Assembly (NCBI GenBank): GCA_943704425.1
Contig: CALSCP010001670.1
Span: forward strand, 1 to 64,000
Length of the DNA stretch: 64,000 nt
Direction of reading: 5' to 3'
DNA from: Ministeria vibrans ATCC 50519
Lineage: Eukaryota; Protista; Filasterea
Shown here: positions 10,640-24,623 of the stretch, piece by piece
Layout: every line of letters begins with the position of its first letter
How positions within the stretch are numbered: the first letter of the stretch is position 1
The notes under the pieces: generated by a model
Seen by the model: the letters and a program-made list of their open reading frames with translations, nothing else
Databases searched by the model: none
What the model was told of the DNA's origin: nothing
Program-made: the position numbers and the translations under genes

Positions 10640-13600
10640 CTACGTTGTCACGAGCTTCTTCTCGACAATGCCACGTTTCCACGCGGGCAACTGGTTGAGT
10701 TTCTCTGCAATGGCACGCTCCTCAGCCTCCTTGCGACGCGCCTCTTCCTCGGCGGCCCGCAGGTGCGCCGTGGCCGCCAGCTCAGCCTGACGCGCCTCTT
10801 CGCGCTTCTTCAGAATCACATCCTTCTTCCACTGTGGCAGTCCCTTGAGCTCTGCTTCTTCTTCCTCGCGGCGACGCTTATCCTCGGTCAGCCTCTCGTA
10901 CTCGGCGCGTGCGCGTTCCTGCTCTTCTTCTTCCGCCTTGCGTGCCAGTGCAGCCTTCTCTTCCGCAAGCTTCTTCTTCCAGTCTGGTGGTTCTTCCACT
11001 GCGGGCGGTGGCGGCGGCTCAAGTCGCGCTGGTGGTTCAACCTTTTCAGGTCCCTCAAGCACAAGCTTCTTCTTCCAACCGGGCATCTTCGTCAGCTCCT
11101 CTTGTCGCTTAATCTCACGCTCTTTGCGCTTCAGCTCTTCCGCTGCCTTCTTGCGATCTTCCTCTTCCTTCTTCAACATGAGCTTCTTCTTCCACTCACT
11201 CACGCCAGCCCATCGTGCAGCCTCCTTGCGCGCCGCCTCTTCTTCTGCCTCTTTCTTGGCGCGCAACTCGGCTTCCTTGCGCTCCTTCACCAGTTGTTTC
11301 CAGTCGCCTTTCTTCCCATCCGAGCCACCACCAGTACTAGCAGCAGCAGCAACAACAGGCGGAGCAGCAGGAGTGGTGCTAGCAGGTGGAGGGGGAGGTG
11401 GAGCGGCAGCAGCAGGTGGTGGTGGTGGAGGAGGACCAGACTGAGAGGGAGGTCCTAAAAACAAACAAAAAGACAGATGAGAAGCGAAACGAAGAATAAT
11501 CATAAAACGGATTCTTATTAAATTAATAATAATAATAATAATACCTGGTGGCGGTGGCGGTGGAGCAGCCATCATGGGGGGAGGAGGAGGAGGAGGGCCT
11601 CCAGAGGGGCCAGGGGGTGGTGGTGGAGGCGGAGGTCCACTCATGGACACTGGGCCAGGTGGTGGTGGTGGAGGAGGGGCCGCTGTGAGAGCGACAGAAG
11701 TCAATAAACTTGTTTTTTTTTTTTTNNNNNNNNNNCCTGATGGTGGCGGGGGAGGGGGAGGGGCTGCACCGACAGGCGGGGGAGGAGGTGGAGGGCCAGC
11801 TAGAGACAAAATTGAATATTAACATGATGATTTTGGGTCGTGCGCCTCTGTTACTTACTCATCATGGGTGGGGGTGGAGGACGTGGGGCAGCAAAGCCCG
11901 ACGGAGGAGGAGGAGGTGGGGGTTGGCCGTAAGAAGCAGGTGGTGGTGGTGGTGGTGGCTGGCCATACATGGCGGGTGGTGGAGGTGGTGGCGGCTGACC
12001 GTACATGGCGGGAGGGGGCGGAGGAGGAGCATGTGACTGTTGTTGTTGGTAGTAGGACGTCTGTTGCGTGTACGTGGACTGTTGTTGTTGTTGCTGGAAC
12101 TGCGCAGGTGGAGGAGGGGGTGGTTGCGAGGCAAATGCTTGTGGGGGAGGTGGAGGTGGATTGGAGGCGAGTTTCTTGCCGGTGGGTTTGAGACGCACAA
12201 CAATCTTTTCCGCTTCACGTTTCTGGCGCATGAGTTCGTCGCGACGACGTTTTTGCGCCTCGTCAATGCTACTGGAGTCGTCAGCGTTGGAGCGAATAGG
12301 ACGTTGCTGGATGGACGCCATGAGTTCGGACACCATGTCGTCCTGAACGCGCGCCTTGGCCTTGGGCTCGTGGTCGCGCGCCTTGCTCGCCTTGAGAACA
12401 TTGCGCTTCTCCATCAGCTCGCGCATAAGCGTAGTGGGACCGGCCTTCTCGGATGGGATGTCGGGGACGAATCCGTGAGGAGGAGGGGGAGGGGGTGGAG
12501 GAGGGCCGTTGCCGCCCGGAGGTGGGGGAGGTGGGGGACCCGGTGGTGGAGGAGGAGCATCAATAGATGACGAGCCCACAATGATGATGGTGCTGCCGTC
12601 AGCGTCCATTTGCGGTGGAGGCGGAGGCGGGGGTGGCGCCGGCTCAGAGGGAGGAGCAGCCGCGACGGCCGCAATGGTTGTAGCGACTTGGTCGTCGTCG
12701 GCAGCCTCACGCGAGAACATTCCCACTTCAGTGGCGTAGAGGGAGCGATTGCGGTGCTGATGGACCGCCTCAAAGTGGTGGAAGCGCTCCTCTTCGTCGT
12801 CGTCGACGCCGTCCCAGTAGTGCGGGGCGGCACGAGCCTCCTTGCGCTTGCGAGCCTCTTCGTTGGCCTCAGCAGTCGCCATGGGATCGTACTGGTCGTC
12901 TTCGTCGTCGCTGATGCCCGCACGCGGACGGTTTGGGTCGTCGAGTTCAACGTGACTGAAGTCGCGTGGATCGACACCACCGTCCTGTCCCAACTGCTTG
13001 CGCAACTGGCGCACCTCCTCCTTGAGCTTGCCCAGCTCCGACATGTTTGCAGGATGTTCGTCAATGTGCAGCCAAGGGTCCTTACCACGGCCCTGGAAGG
13101 GTTTGTCCATCTCGGCGTGGCCCCACGGGTCGTCCTGCTCGAGCAACTCGCGAATGTCGGGTCCCACCTCTTGCAGTCCATCGTTGCCACGCTCGGCATG
13201 GTACGCCTGTGCCGCACGTCCTGGCATGGCATTGTCCCAGGGATCGTACGAAGCAAAGTAGAGGGAGGCGTCCGCAGAGCCAAAGGGGTCGCCCTCCTGA
13301 GGCGGTTGACGACTCTGAGGGTCGAGATTGCCACGATATGTGGGCGCCACTCCACGCGCCTTGAGCTGGCGCTCCTTATCTTCCTGTTCCATGCGACGCG
13401 CGACAAACTCGGCTTCGCGTCGTTGCTTGGCAATAAGACTCGCGTGTTGCTGGTGCAGCTGCACCTCAATGGACGAGGCGGCGTCCGACGATACGAACGA
13501 CTCGCGACGACGCCCGAGACTGGCTGCGTTGCCTTTGGGCAACGAAGGACGACGTGCGGTGGCTACAGACGACGGAGCATAGTGTACACCGCCACCGCCA

Positions 13601-14905
13601 CCGGTGGGAGGTGGAGGCGGTGGGGGTGCCATCATGGAGGGAGGAGGTGGTGGTGGCGCACCTGGGTGAGCCATGTGGCGTGCACCGAGCATGGTGGAGA
13701 GATCGCGACTGACTGGTCGATTGGTTGACATAGGAGCTCCCATCATGGGTGGGGGTGGTGGGGGACCGGGCGCGCCCATCATAGTGGGGTTGCGCGACAC
13801 GCCCATATGGTTGTTTTGCTGGCCCATCATGCTGGCGTGACGTTCCAATCCTCCTCCGCTTGGTGGTGGCGGTGGCGGTAGGGGCTGTCCAAACCCTGGG
13901 GGTGGCGGAGGAGGAGGTGCACTGCCGTGGAACGAGAATGTCCCTGGGGGTGCTGGAGGGGCCATGGGGGGTGGAGGCGGAACCATTGCGTTGGAGTGTA
14001 CCATAGGCATCTGCAACGAGAACCATGGTGAGCGATGAAGGCGATGACCACGAAGCATAGGAATGGAAGAGAGGGGATGGGAGGGGAAGGAAGAAAAAAA
14101 AAACAAAGGGAGGGTGACACACGGTCGATGATCGAAATGATCGAAACTGACGAGAGCAAAAGTGTGTTCTTTTTTTAGAAAACCGCACTTCCACTCTGTC
14201 TCTCTCTCTCTGCGTCTCTGTGTCTCTCTCTGCGCTCAACAACGCCATTATCGCCCCAATTAGTGGGTGTGTCGCGATAGGGATACAGGAGAACAGGGTG
14301 CCGGGTCGTGGGAGAGCGTTTGTGAGCGGAAAGGGACACAAAGAAGAAAAAAAAAAAAAAACGTAACAGGCAAAATACGAAAAAGGGACAGTGACAGCGA
14401 AATGAAGACGACTCGTACCTGTGTTGGGGCCTGAGGAGGAGCACGAGCGGGAGGAGGAGGGAGGCCGGCGGCATCGAAGGCTTCCGCGGGGTAGGTGAGG
14501 GAGGAGCGACGGAGGATCTCGTGAGCGTTGGTGGCGCGCTGCCAAGGGGCTCTCGTATCGATGTTTCCCGTCCACGCTGTCGCCGGCGTCGGGCCTGTAT
14601 GGCCATGGCCATCGTCACCGACCGCTTCGAACTGCCGACGAGCCACGTCGTGCGGCGAGAACCACTGAAGAAGAGACGGAAAAAAACACACAAATGTCAG
14701 CAAAAAAGTCGGAAAAGTTAAAGAGTGATTGGGGCCACTAGCGACACATCCACAGGCAAGGAGGCTCAAGCGGCAAGTGGCAGACGTCTCTTACATCGTC
14801 GCTGGTGGACTCTGGGCGACTCAGTTGGCCGCGGTGGAGTTCGCTGAGCCAGGCGGCCTGCTGCGTCCGCCCGCGCCCCTGCTTACGGCCGAGCGTCAAG
14901 GGCAT
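10640..14905 (-). CDS. Large proline-rich cytoskeletal/endocytic adaptor-like protein
   Basis: Exons begin MPLTLGRKQ (14905) and splice via WFSPHDV... to the 751-aa and 389-aa ORFs. Many polyproline tracts, DPW/DPF motifs, WH2-like helices and six W-K-K/R helical repeats at the C-terminus. Confidence 0.65.
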
Positions 14906-15025
14906 TGTTCAAGTAGACCAAGAGGACACTGCCTCTATCTTTCTCCTCTTCAGTTACAAAAAAATAAATAATTATTATTATTCTATTCTTTGATTAAAAT
15001 AGTTTCAGTTTTATTCATTTTTGAA

Positions 15026-15727
15026 ATGCTGAGCGACGACGACTTTGTAGATGCCCTGCGCCTGACCGAGGGAGTGTCTCTTGACGGTTGGGAGCTCTTT
15101 ATTAACTTCAAGGAGAACAAAGTAAGGGGCAGTGAAAGGTGAACGACAACCGATCTTAATTCTTAACTTATCATCTTATTCATTTAGGTTTACCGCCAGC
15201 AAAAACCCTCAAACCCAAAGCTGTACGAGTACATGGCATTTGGCAAGGTGAAGTCAACGGCTGAAACGCTCGCAATGGTGTACACGAGCACGGCGTTCCG
15301 CAAGAGTTGGGATGACTACTGCATTGAGTTTGCGAACCTCCAAGACGACATCTACTACTATCTTGTGAAGTATCCCTGGCCCCTCTCCAACCGCGAATAT
15401 GTGTACCAGGCGCAGCAGCGCACCATGAAGGACGGGTCCATTGTGTTCCTCGGCTCGTCCTTCCCCGACCATGCGTCGCTGCAGCCGGAGAAGAAGGGCG
15501 TTGTGCGCATTGTGGACTATCAACAAAGGCTGGTCCTGCGCGATGGCCCAGACGGGCTCTGCGACGTTGTCAGCTTCTACAGCGACGACCCGCGCGGCAA
15601 CATCCCTTCCGCCGTGGTCAACTGGGCCGCATCAACGGGTGTCCCCAAGTTCTTCGACAAGATGGAGCAGGCGTGTGGGAAGTACGACAGTTGGGCGAAA
15701 GAACGCGACGCCCAGGTGTGCGAATAG
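15026..15727 (+). CDS. START-domain lipid transfer protein (PCTP/STARD2-like)
   Basis: Two exons; FRKSWDDY, YYLVKYPWPLSNREYVY, GVVRI, DDPRGNIPSAVVNWAASTGVPKF. Confidence 0.9.
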
Positions 15728-15781
15728 TGTATAGAACTTTCTTTTTTATTGATACAATACAGGAAACTAATGTGTCACAGC

Positions 15782-15868
15782 TTAGTCTTGATCGTCACCA
15801 ACAGGGGTCTCGTCATCATCAGCGTCGTCATCGACATCGCTATCATCCACATCCAACACATCATCATA

Positions 15869-15905
<37 letters not shown>

Positions 15906-17791
15906 TCGTCATCCTCACTGCTGAGAGTCTCTGGTTCAACCATACCATCCAATGCAAAAGCAGCATTAAGTGGAGTCGTATGCATCGTTGCCGTCGCAGT
16001 AGCCGTGTCATCATCATCACCATTATCATAAGCAGCATTCATCTGCGTCGCAAGCGTTTGCTCGTGCACTCGCTTGCGTCGTTGTTGCTCCTGCGACTCC
16101 AAGAGGACCATGACAGGCGAGCTACGCACCTCACGCCACCGTACATTGGCCATCTGGAGCCACTCGGCCTCACTGCGCGGGGGCGGTTGTGACGGAGCAG
16201 TAGAGGGAGTGAGTGAGGGGGAAGGGAGAGCAAAGGAGCGCAGGAGAGAGGGACGGGTAAGAAGGTGAAGGAGACGGTTGCGCAGGCGAGTGACTTGCTG
16301 GTGGAAGCGTGCTTGGCCATGGTCGCCGTTGCTGCCGCCTGAGGCGTAGTCGCGAAAGGACGGAAGGGTGATGATGTCGGAGAGGGCACCAGTGCGGACA
16401 AAAAGAGAGTCGGAAGGAGAGCAGAAGAAGCGACGAACAATGTGAAGGGCGCGAGTGGAGCCGTCGTCGTTGTGTGTGTTGCTGTCTCGGGGCTGTTTGG
16501 TCGTGATGAACATGAGGTGAGGCGGCAGGTCGGGAGGACCATGTGCGAGCGGATTGAGGAGGAGCGCGAGACGGAGCAGACGCAAGAAAGGCAGATTCCC
16601 AAACCACTCTTGCGTGACCAGGACGACATGACAGACGGAGAGGAGCCAGACGAGAGAGTCAAGCGGCGGCATCGACTCGTCGTTGGCACTGTTGCTCAGA
16701 ACGTTGTCGAGCGACAAACTCCCCGTGTCCAAAATGAGCAGGCGGCGACCTTTGGCCCCATCCCCACTTGCACTCGCACTACTACCACTAGGCGTGGAAG
16801 AAGCACCATTCCCGTACATCTCGTCGTACGTGTGCATCCACAGACTCTTGCGTCGTCGCTCTAGACCCCCCTTGTGTAAATTCCCGCGTGATTCTGCCAG
16901 CGCTGCTGCCAGTGTCGACTTGCCTGCACCCATGGGGCCACACAGACCAACAACGAGGAAGCGATTGCTCGGCTCCTCCGAGATGAACTGCTGCGACTTG
17001 GACACAAAGCGCATGTGCGGATCAAACAGTCGTAGAGGCGGATTAATTGACGCAGGCACAGCGGCAGGCGCCGTAGCTGTCGTACTGGCTGAGGATGCGG
17101 ATGCGGACGGGATTCCTGGGACAAAAGGTTTGGCGTGTGTGGCTGCTGCAATGGCAACGCCAAAGGCTCTTCGTGCACTCTCATCCTGCTCTGTTTTTCG
17201 TGGTGACGAGGGTTGTGGCTGCTGCGCTATCGTGTGGTACAGCTGAGGCTGGGCAGGCTGTGGCCGTTGGGACGGCGTGGGCGGCGGCGGAGGCGGAGGC
17301 GACAGGACAGTCTCGTTTGCAGACGCCACCGCTGACGCACTGCCAGCAGCAGCGGGTTCGCGGCGCTTGAGAATGACCGGAGCCGGCTGGGCCACTTTGG
17401 ATGCCCGCGAACCCCGGTGGTGCCCGCTGCGAGGCGGCCGGTCGCGCGAGGCGGACGCAGAGAGCGTCGACGAAGCGGATGGCGTTGGAGTGCTCGCTGG
17501 GCCTTTCGCTGACGCTTTTGCTGGCGTCTCCATGTCCGATGGAACAACAACGGCGCGACGAGAGTAGCTCTCGGGATCGGCGCCGCTCACGTACACCTGG
17601 AAAGTCAGAGAGAGGGAGAGAGAGAGAGAGGAGAGAAGAATTTAAGAAGGGGGTTTTGACAGGCGACACATTTTCCCTCCGCTTACCGGTGCACTGGGCG
17701 GCGCGGCGACGCGTTGCCACGGAGGCAGTGTGGCTGCTGCATTAGAGTCATTGTCAGGTCGTTTGGTGCGCCGAGAGCGCTTTCCTGACAT
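15782..17791 (-). CDS. SMG9: Nonsense-mediated decay factor SMG9
   Basis: Exon 1 17791-17687, exon 2 17596-15782. FLVVGLCGPMGAGKSTL, LILDT, LLSVCHVVLVTQEW, PHLMFI and SEAEWLQMANVRWREVRSS match SMG9 blocks. Confidence 0.8.
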
Positions 17792-18035
17792 GAATTATTT
17801 TGTTTGATTGGAAAAATAATTATTAGAGAATCAAGAGCTGTATGGTATTCATCGGAATAATAAAATTATTTATTGGTTTTTGGAGTTTCGAATTCATTCG
17901 TCTTATATGTGAGAGTGAATATGATTTATATGAATGATACACAATCATGCTGAACAAGTATAATAATATCATAATATAATGTTTACTTTAGCACAATAAT
18001 GTATGTATGAATGTGTGTGTGTGTGGGAGGGTGAA

Positions 18036-19622
18036 TCAGGAAGAGCCAGTCGCTTCAAACTTCATTGCAAGCGGGAGGTAGCAGACGAGCTCGGACGAGG
18101 ATGACTTGGCGTACTCACAGTCCTGGATGGATGGCTCACCTGTCGTCTGGATGGACACGCGCATATTCTGCCCAAACACACGCAAGTTGATGCTACACAG
18201 CACAGAAAGAGAGAGAGAGAGAAAGTGTGTGTGTGTGTGTGTGAGTGGGAGCGTCAGAGAGTGAGGGTGGCAAGAAGTGGCAATGAGTTTGCGTGCTCTC
18301 TTTCTTTCCTTCTCCCTCTCTTACTCATTGTTCAGTCGCACTCCCAATTCCGTCTCATTTTTGCGTCGCATCGCAAGCGCCAGTTTCGACATAAACTCAA
18401 TCGGAAACTCGCAATCAAAAATGAAATCTAGACAAAATGTCAGTTCACCCACAAATCCGATGGGTTGTCTGACCTCCTTTCTTGAGCACTTTCGGATCGG
18501 ACTTTGCGGCGTCGCGCAAATGAAGCACAACCGTCCGATCGTAAATCTTGCTGGTGCTCATTCCCTCAATGTCATTGTACGACAGTTCATACTTGAGCTA
18601 AAGAGTGCGTTCACTGCGTCAGACTGGCCATTTCTCTTCTCCATCTTCTTCCTTTTGCCACTTACGCCCATCGCTTTCTCGTTCACCGTTGCCATAATAA
18701 TCTCTTTGGGCGTCAAAGCTAGAACCATTGGCACAACCTTCCCGCTCCTAACCATGCACAAAACCAAACACAAGTTATGTTTCAAACCATTCTCTGTTGG
18801 TTCTTCTCTCTGTCTGCCTGTCATTTACCTGCGATGCACTTTCCTGACGTTCTGCGAGCAAATGACCCTCACTCGCAGATCCAGCTTCTCACACAGCGCA
18901 TCCCATCGCCCTCTCAACGGCCCATCGTACAGTCCTGCCCGATCCGGCACAAACATGCGCGGAAGGGAAATGGGATACGCGTTCTTTTTGCCTTTGAAGT
19001 TTTCGCTCGCCCAAAGTTTCTCCTCAAGAAGATTTTTGCGTGTGGGAGTCAATTCGTCGCGATACAGCTTGCACTACGACACAGAGTAAATATGAGCAAC
19101 CCAGTCAGTGGTGATCTGTCAACTAGGTGCCAACTTACGCGCCACAGATGGAAAATGTGTCTGATAATCTTGTTGGTCTCCTGATGGTTTTTGGGAACGC
19201 GGGCCCACAGTTGATTGCGAAGAGGCATGTATGCCTCGTCCTGGTTCGTATGAAGATACTTGGCGAGACGGAGGAACCACTTCATGATCTGGTAGCGACG
19301 GAATGCGCGTTGCCAGATGGGTGCTGCCTTGAGACGCGGATAGCGGTAGCGGGCGCACTAATAGGAGAAGTGAGTGAGAGGAAGACGCAATATGTGGGTG
19401 TGTGCGTGTGGGTGCTTACGCGCCACTTGTGGTGCATCCACTGAATGCCATTGGACAATTTGCGCAGATTGGTGGGGGGTTTGGGCCAAGTCTTGTCAAT
19501 GGGACTGTTACTTGGGAGAGTTTTGGACAGGCGCAACAGATAAGAGGTCATCTGCAAAAAAAATGTTTACCTGCTTTAAATTATTTTGGATTTCAGTAAC
19601 GAGAAGAACTTTNNNNNNNNNN

Positions 19623-19656
<34 letters not shown>

Positions 19657-21086
19657 AATTTAATATGACCCTATAGAAGTGCTCGCTTCCTCTCTCTTTT
19701 TCCACTCACCTGCGCTCTAATCATAAACCTCTCAATAATCGGGTACACGCGCACTCGCACAGCAGCGTACTTTTGACACTGAAAAGGGCAAAGGCGTCAA
19801 AGATGATATGGAGAGAAATACATACAGAGAGATAAAGGAGAGGAAAGCCCTTACTCGTAAGCGGTGATGGATCGTTTTGAGGAGCGCACTGGTCTCACTG
19901 AGGTCCTTTGGGGCATTGGTGACCCATCTGTGGTCAATGGGAGAATTGGAAGGAAGCTCACGAGCCATTCGTTGAAGAAACAAAACGACCTACGCACAAA
20001 GGATGAGAGAGAGGAGGGAGGGAGAGAGGAGGGAGGGAGAGAGGAGGGAGGGAGAGAGGAGGGAGGGAGAGAGGAGAAAGGGAGAGAAGGGAGAGAGAGA
20101 GGAGGGAGAGAGAAACAAAGTGATAGAGAGAGAAACAAAGTGATAGAGAGAGAGAAACAAAGTGATAGAGAGAGAAAAAAAGTGATAGAGAGAGAGAAAT
20201 TCAGAAAACAGTTTAAAATTATCACGAATAGAATATTATGTATGAGTGTGAAATGTGGGGACCTTGAGACGTCGCATAAAGGCAAGAATGACAGGCCCGC
20301 ACCAACCGTTGAGCTGCTTGCGGTACTTGCGACGCACAATGAACCCACGCACACGCGCTTGCACAATCACCACATCAATCTTCATCCGCTTGTACCGCTT
20401 GTGCAGCTGAAACAAATGATAAAAAGAGAGAAGAGTGAATACTTCAGAAGTAGTCAACGTAATTCTTGGTACCAGATAGCCCTTGACACGCTTCGAAATG
20501 ATGATTTGAGCTTTGCGCATGGCCAGGAAGAGTTTCCGTCGTCGGTAGCCCCTCCAGCACGCCTGAATCTTCTCAATGAGATCGACAATTTTGTCACGGC
20601 GCAACTCTTCAAGATGGAACACAGAGCGCGGGTGGCGCAGGAAGATCTTGGTGCCACCAAAGCAGTAGGCAGACTCGCCCGTTTCGGGATCTTTCATGGG
20701 AAGAAGCGACGTGACAATGGAGATGGTGCCATCGAGGGTACTCGGTGCAGTTTGCCACTTGGGGAAGTACGTCGAGAGCATACAGTACCTGTGTGTGTGT
20801 GAAGAAAAAACGGGTGTGAGACCGAGGATACATATTCGAGATGTACCGTGTGAAGAAGTAGTCGTAGGTTTGACGATACGCGTAGCCACTGCGACGCACG
20901 ATCACATTCTCCAACAGACTAAAAGAGGAGTCGTTGAGTTGCAGACATTAACAAAACTGTGTGTGTGTGAGTGTGTCACTGTGTACCCCAAGTAACGGAT
21001 CTGATTGAGAACGAGGTCTTTATCAAAGTGCTTGGATGACTTAGACTCGTTGGGTTTGATACAGCGAATGTAATGCGGTTGCTAGA

Positions 21087-21120
<34 letters not shown>

Positions 21121-22327
21121 GTGAGAAAAAAGACAAGCACATCAAATGTATCGTTACCTTGCTCATGAGATTGCTCACAAGTGCAGTCATACTCTGTTTG
21201 AACTGGTACGCTATACAAAGAAACAAGTCAGTTGGTCATAAAGCAAAGGAAATCTTCTCAAACCGGCAGTTGGGGGTCGCTTGAGCTTCTCTGAGTCGTT
21301 GGCACCGTCAGGGAAAAGGAGACGGACGAGCGGGTGGCCGCTGTTGTACATGGCTGAGCGAACATTAAAGAAGAGAGTGTCGCGATTGGTCTCCAAGAAG
21401 TTGGACACTGTATAGTCCACCTACACACAAGAGAACATTCAAGAAAGAGAAATAAAAATAAGATGGTAGTTCTCTCGCAATGTGCGCACCTCTCCTGCGT
21501 AGTGTTTGATTCTAAAAGCCTCGCGCGACAATGACTGGTCGTGAGTGCGCTCCCACGTTTCAAAATTCTGGTGCACCACTCGTTCATTCAGCGACGCCAA
21601 AAAGGTCTACAATCACATATTGTATGCAATTGAATGAGTGTGAGTGCACACACTACAATGAGTTGTCATACCAAGTCGGACGTCTGACCGGGACGCAAAC
21701 ACTCCTCATCGAGAATGGCAAGAATGCCAGTGCGGGGTCGCTCAAGCAGCTCACAGATGTACACGTTGTTGATGTAGTCCACTTGGGTCCACTCGACGCC
21801 TTGTCTACACACACGCACACACAGAGATAAAAAGAAAATAATATGTAATTATTATAGGTATTATGTTTAACACAACATGTCTTCGAACTGGTTTTCTCAG
21901 TCCGTTAGTATCATCTCTCTTCTCTCGCTTACCGAATGTAATCGTCTTGCTCTGCCTTGATTGTGAGCTCAATGAAGAGCTGCTGGAGTTTCTCATTGCA
22001 GTAATTGATAATAAATTGCTCAAATCCATTCAACTAGAAAAAAAATACATGATATTAATGAGAACCCACTGGTAAATATTTTACTTGTTCAGATATCGTG
22101 TGTGCGAACCTCAAAAATCTCAAAGCCGTAAATGTCAAGAACGCCAATGACACAGAGATCCGTCTCTAGTTCGTGTCTCTGAGTCTCGTCGCGCGTGATT
22201 TTGATTTTGTCATTGATGCGACGCACAATCCACGAGAACATGCGCTCGTAGATGGCCTTGGCGAGCGCACACCGCGCAAAATTGGACTAAGATACAGGTA
22301 AATGAGGCCGAGTTAGTAATGACATGG

Positions 22328-22404
<77 letters not shown>

Positions 22405-24623
22405 GGAGAAAAATGACAAATGATAGAGAGAGGAGGGAGAAAGAAACAAAGTGATAGAGACAGAGAGAAACAAAAAGACAACCCCAATCATGGGTGTGTG
22501 TTTGACAAGAGGGCGACAGAGCAATTTATTGTTTAGTGCACTAAAATGCTTCGTGCTGTACCTTTGCTGCGTCGAGTGGCGCCGAGACAGTCTCACCAAA
22601 CGTCTGAATGGTATTGGTCGTCAATGCCTTCTCCAGTGCATCCACTGTCATCTTCAGCAGCTTTGCAGCAGATTGAAGAGCTACAAAACACACACACAGA
22701 CACACACACCATAAAAACCAATAAACAAGCGTACTGACACATTATTATGTTCTATTCGTTACGTTGTGCGTTGCTCACGGCCGTGGTGTCGTTGTCCTCG
22801 TCAAAGCGAAATTCAATGTTTCCAATGTGCAAAATCGCACCCAACAGTGAGAAGATGATGCTCATTTCGCCGCCGTTGAATCCAATCACATCCAAACCAG
22901 CCTAACAAGCCAATCACACACACAATCTCAGAAGATGAACTCTTGGAAATAATGATGCTTTTGGTTTTTTTTTTAACCTTTGTTTCTTCCCATTTCTCCT
23001 TGTCATTGATTGTGCGGACTGTTGTACAGTTTCCAAGAAAGCGAAACTGCCGAGGATCGCGTGTCAACTCACAAAACGCTAAAAAAACACAGGAAAATAG
23101 TCCGCTTTTGTCTCTCTCCCTCTTCTTCAGGTGTCAACCTACCGATTGCTCCGTCTGATGTGCCTGCAAGCAGTTCATAGAAAATGTGGAAATTGCGCTC
23201 TCCTTCCATGCGCTTCACAACGCGTGACTGAATATATTGATAAACGGCAGCAAAAAGAACACATATACACGCAATAAATAAGAAACATTCGCACATAAAA
23301 TGAGTGTCACCTTCTCGAGCAAATCTACAAAAGAAATCGTTAGACCAAGATTTCTCTCTTGCATTTTTCTCTCGTTTCTTTACAGTTGGTGATGAGGCCG
23401 CCAATGGGATTTCCTCGAAAGTCAAATTCCATGTCCATGTACTTGCCAAAGCGCGAGGAGTTGTCGTTGCGCAGCGTTTTGGCATTGCCGAACGACTCGA
23501 GCACCGGATTCGACTTGAGCAGCTGCTCCTTGACACGATTCACTTCCTTGGTGTTGCCGGCCACAAGAGCAATGTACTCCATAATGCGCTTGCTCGCCTC
23601 TGAGACACACACACACACACAAAAGCGCCAAATACAATAGTAGTACGTTAGTTTAGTGCACCCCATGTCACTCACACAGTCACACATGCAAACACCTTCT
23701 TCTGTCCTTACCGGTCTTTCCCGAGCCGCTCTCACCGCAGATTATAATACACTGGTTGCGGTGATGTTCAAGCATGTCACGATGCGTCTCATCGGCGATC
23801 GCATACCTACAAAACAAACACACACACACACAAAAACGAGAAGTGAGTGAGTGACTTAAGATTTTTTTTTTTTTTTGGCTGCGTTCACTTAAAGTCGATT
23901 GGTTTGACACTATCCAGCAACAACCACACACGCAGACACATCGGATCGTACAGGATCTCAACCACACCCCCCCATCGCGTGTAGATCAACCGCCAAACAG
24001 CGACAGAAGACCGTTTAAACTCGACCGACAAAAGAGCACTCACAGTTTTTTTTTTTTTCAAAACGGTTTTAGCGACTGGACACACAAACAAGAGCCAAAG
24101 CGCCACTTGGTGGGTGCTTCAATGATCTTATCATATCCACAGACACATAGGACTAGGCCGGAAGGGCATTAGAAGGCGCTAAGAGGCGACGAGGCGAATT
24201 CGAAAAAAAAAGCGAAGAATAGGACAGTAAACGTCAAAAAAAGAAAAAAAAGAGAGCTGCAGAACAAAAGGGAGTCGAGCGACAGGGCCAGTAGAAGAGG
24301 AGAGGAAGGGAGGGTGCAGTGGAGCGGTCTTACACGTGAGGAGGCATCTCGTAAAAGTTTTTCCCCCGATATGTTTTTGAGACAGTCTCAGCGAAGATGG
24401 GCAGTGTCTTGTAGGGGTTGACGGAGACGAGCACGTCGCCGATGAAGGTGTACATGTCGTCGTCCTCCCAGCGCGCCCCGAGCGTCGTGGCAATGGCGGA
24501 TTCGGTGATGTCGCTGAGAAGGACCAGATCGGCAACAGTGCCGCTGCCGCCATGCATTCTCTTGTCGTGGTTCACCAGCATGAAGCTGTCCCTTCTACCG
24601 GAGCTTCGTAGCTGCGACGACAT
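18036..24623 (-). CDS. Class I myosin (MYO1A/B-like: motor, IQs, post-IQ, TH1)
   Basis: [65 protein letters not shown] motifs, [18 protein letters not shown] and TH1 tail; many introns. Confidence 0.93.

Noticed and set aside
12414-13728. Long antisense and alternative-frame ORFs (also 19864-20802 and 56383-57360)
   Set aside because: Shadows of GC-rich or low-complexity real exons; no recognisable motifs.
444-24623. LHFPL-like, espin-motif and MYO1A-like genes as a microvillar gene cluster
   Set aside because: Interspersed with unrelated housekeeping genes, and two of the assignments are weak; no evidence of functional clustering.
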